A stretch of 64,000 nt of DNA from a bacterium (GTDB taxonomy: Bacteria; Krumholzibacteriota; Krumholzibacteriia; G020349025), in NCBI GenBank assembly GCA_031362565.1, contig JANLSU010000029.1:1-64000 (forward strand). Reading direction: 5' to 3'. The notes beneath the pieces are model-generated. The model had not been told where the DNA came from and ran no database searches. It saw only the letters and a list, made by a program, of their open reading frames with translations. A program made the translations under genes and the position numbers. Each line of letters begins with the position of its first letter. Positions within the stretch are counted from its first letter, which is position 1. This document shows positions 61,643 to 64,000 of the stretch, in pieces.

Positions 61643-62660
61643 ACTGGTGATTGCCGAAGCGGCGGCAGCATTGCGCGCCCGGCTCGATACCTGTGACCGC
61701 ATCTGGGTCAGTGTTCACGAGGCACCGGATGGCGATTCGATCGGCTCGGCATTGGCGCTCTATGGCGTGTTGCGCAAGCTCGGCAAGCAAGTGATCGCGG
61801 TGCGGCAGCCGCCGTTCCCGCCTGCCTACGAAGCGTTGGCGCATGCCGGCGAGATGGTGCACGTCGACCGGCTCGACACGGTCTTCCGTCCGCAAATGGT
61901 CATCGCGGTGGATGTCGGCAGTTTCAAGCGGGTGGGCGCGGTCGCCGACGCCGTCGGGCCCGAGACGATCGTCGTCAACATCGACCATCATCCGGGTAGT
62001 CCTGGAATCGACCGTCCGTGCCAATTGCTCAACCTGCTCGACACCACGGTTGCCTCGACCACCATGCTGACCTATCTCTTGCTGCAGGCAGCCTATCCGG
62101 GCCGCATCGGGCGCGATGAAGCGACCGCGCTCTATCTGGGCTTGGTCACCGACACCGGCTGTTTCCGGCACTCGAACACTAATGCCGCGGCGCTGCGTGT
62201 CGGCGCGGAACTCGCGGAGCTGGGCGCCGACGTCGGCAGCCTGGCCGAGGAGTTCATGTTTCGCCGGCGTCCTGAGTCGCTGCGTCTCCTGGCCGCCGTT
62301 CTGGGTTCGCTCGAGACCCACGCGGAAGGCCGGTTCGTGACTCTCGTGCTGACAACCGCCATGCTCGAAGCAACCGGCGGCCGGCTCGATGAGACCGAGG
62401 GCTTCGTCAACTACGCGAGTTCGCTCGAAGGCGTCTATGCGGCGGCGCTCTTTCGCGAGGTCGACGCCACTACCACCAAGGTCAGCCTGCGTGCCTCGGG
62501 GCGCATCGACGTGGCGCGGGTCGCCAACGAGTTCGGCGGCGGCGGGCACCGCAACGCGGCAGGCCTGACGTTGCAAGCGGGCATCGCGGCGACGCGGGCC
62601 CGCGTCCTCGAGTCGACGCTCCGGCACTTGGGTGCGAATGTCCGGAGTCCGGTCGCATGA
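61635..62660 (+). CDS. nrnA: DHH/DHHA1 phosphoesterase (NrnA-like oligoribonuclease/PAP phosphatase)
   Basis: HEAPDGDSIGS, VD, NIDHH, TDTGCF, KVSLR, GGGGHRNAAG. Confidence 0.92.
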   Translation: MSELVIAEAAAALRARLDTCDRIWVSVHEAPDGDSIGSALALYGVLRKLGKQVIAVRQPPFPPAYEALAHAGEMVHVDRLDTVFRPQMVIAVDVGSFKRVGAVADAVGPETIVVNIDHHPGSPGIDRPCQLLNLLDTTVASTTMLTYLLLQAAYPGRIGRDEATALYLGLVTDTGCFRHSNTNAAALRVGAELAELGADVGSLAEEFMFRRRPESLRLLAAVLGSLETHAEGRFVTLVLTTAMLEATGGRLDETEGFVNYASSLEGVYAAALFREVDATTTKVSLRASGRIDVARVANEFGGGGHRNAAGLTLQAGIAATRARVLESTLRHLGANVRSPVA

Positions 62661-63601
62661 ACCTCGACGATCGCGTCATTCTGATCGATAAGCCGCCGGG
62701 GATCACGTCGTTCGGCGCCGTGAAACGGGTGCGCTCGCTTGGACGGCTCGACAAGGTCGGCCACTGCGGCAGCTTGGATCCGCTCGCGACCGGGCTCCTT
62801 ATCGTCTGCACCGGCTTGGGGACGCGGGTGTCCTCGCTGTTCGTGGATCAACCCAAGGAGTATTTGGGACGAGTGCGCTTCGGGCGCGCCACCGATACCT
62901 ACGATGCGGACGGCCGGGTCACCGAAGAGGCGCCGGTGCCGGACATCGACGCCGCCACGCTGCGCGCGGCGCTCGGCGCTTTCGAAGGCGAAATCCACCA
63001 GGTGCCGCCCATGGTCTCGGCGCTCAAGGTCGGCGGGCGGCGGCTCTACGAGATGGCGCGGAACGGCGAGGAAATCGACCGCATCGCGCGGCCGGTGCGC
63101 GTCTACGGCATCGATGTGCTCGAGCTGGGCGACGGTTTCGCCGACTTGCGGGTGAGGTGCGGGCGCGGTTGTTATGTGCGCAGCATCGCCCACGATCTCG
63201 GACGCGCGCTCGGGGTACCGGCGCATCTGGAAGCGCTGCGCCGGCTGGCGATCGGCGGTCTGCACGTCGATCACGCCCTGTCGTTGGAGCAGCTGGCGGC
63301 GATGGCGGCGGGAGACGCGAAGTGGCCCGCGGAGTCGGTCTTGTCGTTGGCTCGCGCTCTCGACTTCCTGCCGGCCGTGCACGTGCGCAGCGATTTCGAG
63401 ACGCGAGTGCAGAACGGCAGCCAGCCGTCGGCGCAGGCGCTCGTCGATCTGCCCCAGGCGGCGGGACTGCATCGGGTGTTGTCGGGCGATGGGCGCCGCA
63501 TGCTGGCCCTGGCGCGCAATGAAGCGCCGCGCGCACCGCTTCGCCTCGACTTGGTCTTTCATACCCCGCTGGCGGTCGAACCGGAGGCCTCGCCCGCTTG
63601 A
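62657..63601 (+). CDS. truB: tRNA pseudouridine(55) synthase
   Basis: DKPPGITS, KVGHCGSLDPLATG, QVPPMVSALK..G.RLYE.AR, GCYVRS..DLG. Confidence 0.96.
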   Translation: MNLDDRVILIDKPPGITSFGAVKRVRSLGRLDKVGHCGSLDPLATGLLIVCTGLGTRVSSLFVDQPKEYLGRVRFGRATDTYDADGRVTEEAPVPDIDAATLRAALGAFEGEIHQVPPMVSALKVGGRRLYEMARNGEEIDRIARPVRVYGIDVLELGDGFADLRVRCGRGCYVRSIAHDLGRALGVPAHLEALRRLAIGGLHVDHALSLEQLAAMAAGDAKWPAESVLSLARALDFLPAVHVRSDFETRVQNGSQPSAQALVDLPQAAGLHRVLSGDGRRMLALARNEAPRAPLRLDLVFHTPLAVEPEASPA

Positions 63602-64000
63602 GAGTCTTTCGGAACTTCCCGCACGAACCGATTGAAGGCAGGCCGTTTGAGGCGGTGGCCATCGGCGTGTTCGACGGCATCCACCGCGGCCACCAGCGCA
63701 TCCTGGAGCGGCTCTTGGAACGCGCCGCGGGCAAGCCGGCCTGCGTCATCACCTTCGATCCGCATCCGCGCGCCGTGCTGGGCTCGCCGCAGCCGAATCG
63801 CCTCTTGACCCCGATCGAAGAGCGCCTGGAGCACTTGGCGCGGTGGCCGCTTGCGGCAACCGCCGTGTTGCGCTTCGACACCGAAATGGCGCGTACGAGC
63901 TACGAGGACTTCGCAGCCCGCGTCTTCGTCACGGCGCTGGGGGCCAAACACCTGGTTCTGGGCTACAACGTGCGCCTCGGGCGGAACCGCGAGGGCACGC
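63598..64000 (+). CDS. ribF: Bifunctional riboflavin kinase/FAD synthetase, 5' part (runs off the window)
   Basis: Not in the ORF track because it has no stop in the window. TTG 63598 reads MRVFRNF...IGVFDGIHRGHQ...ITFDPHP. Confidence 0.93.
   Translation, partial: MRVFRNFPHEPIEGRPFEAVAIGVFDGIHRGHQRILERLLERAAGKPACVITFDPHPRAVLGSPQPNRLLTPIEERLEHLARWPLAATAVLRFDTEMARTSYEDFAARVFVTALGAKHLVLGYNVRLGRNREGT

Noticed and set aside
1..64000. Abundant TCGA/CGATCG sites as a possible target of the TaqI-like methyltransferase
   Set aside because: Readily explained by NTC-GAN codon pairs in a high-GC genome. I cannot compute enrichment, and family resemblance does not predict specificity.

Overview
A high-GC (roughly two-thirds G+C by eye), gene-dense chromosomal segment from a diderm bacterium. 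The SprA homologue, the peptidase/PD40-Omp85, the M28 lipoprotein and the lptB-rpoN-hpf-hprK-PTS-metK order suggest the FCB superphylum outside Bacteroidota (Eisenbacteria/Latescibacterota/Krumholzibacteriota/Gemmatimonadota-like); this is inference only. Main blocks: (1) 0.4-22 kb: envelope and housekeeping genes (small beta-barrel, EamA, DUF2203, pepP, AsmA, thrC, aroA, FG-GAP protein, metallopeptidase-PD40-Omp85, two GT-C-like membrane proteins, TolC, orphan PAS histidine kinase) plus two hypothetical genes. (2) A solitary TaqI/Eco57I-like N6-adenine DNA methyltransferase flanked by two outward-facing sigma54 (-24/-12) motifs. (3) lptC-lptB-rpoN-hpf-hprK, then a complete mannose-type PTS with a GH57 alpha-glucan enzyme between EIIB and EIIC, followed by PGI/PMI, a sugar nucleotidyltransferase, metK and a Nudix hydrolase. 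(4) lptF-lptG-ArnT-like genes divergent from a ~2,200-aa SprA-like (type IX secretion translocon) gene. (5) carAB, an M28 lipoprotein and rimP-nusA-ylxQ-infB-DUF503-rbfA-nrnA-truB-ribF (ribF truncated by the window edge). I saw no rRNA, convincing tRNA, CRISPR array, transposase or integrase. Start codons were re-picked by eye from RBS and overlap patterns, and family calls come from motif recognition, not database searches.
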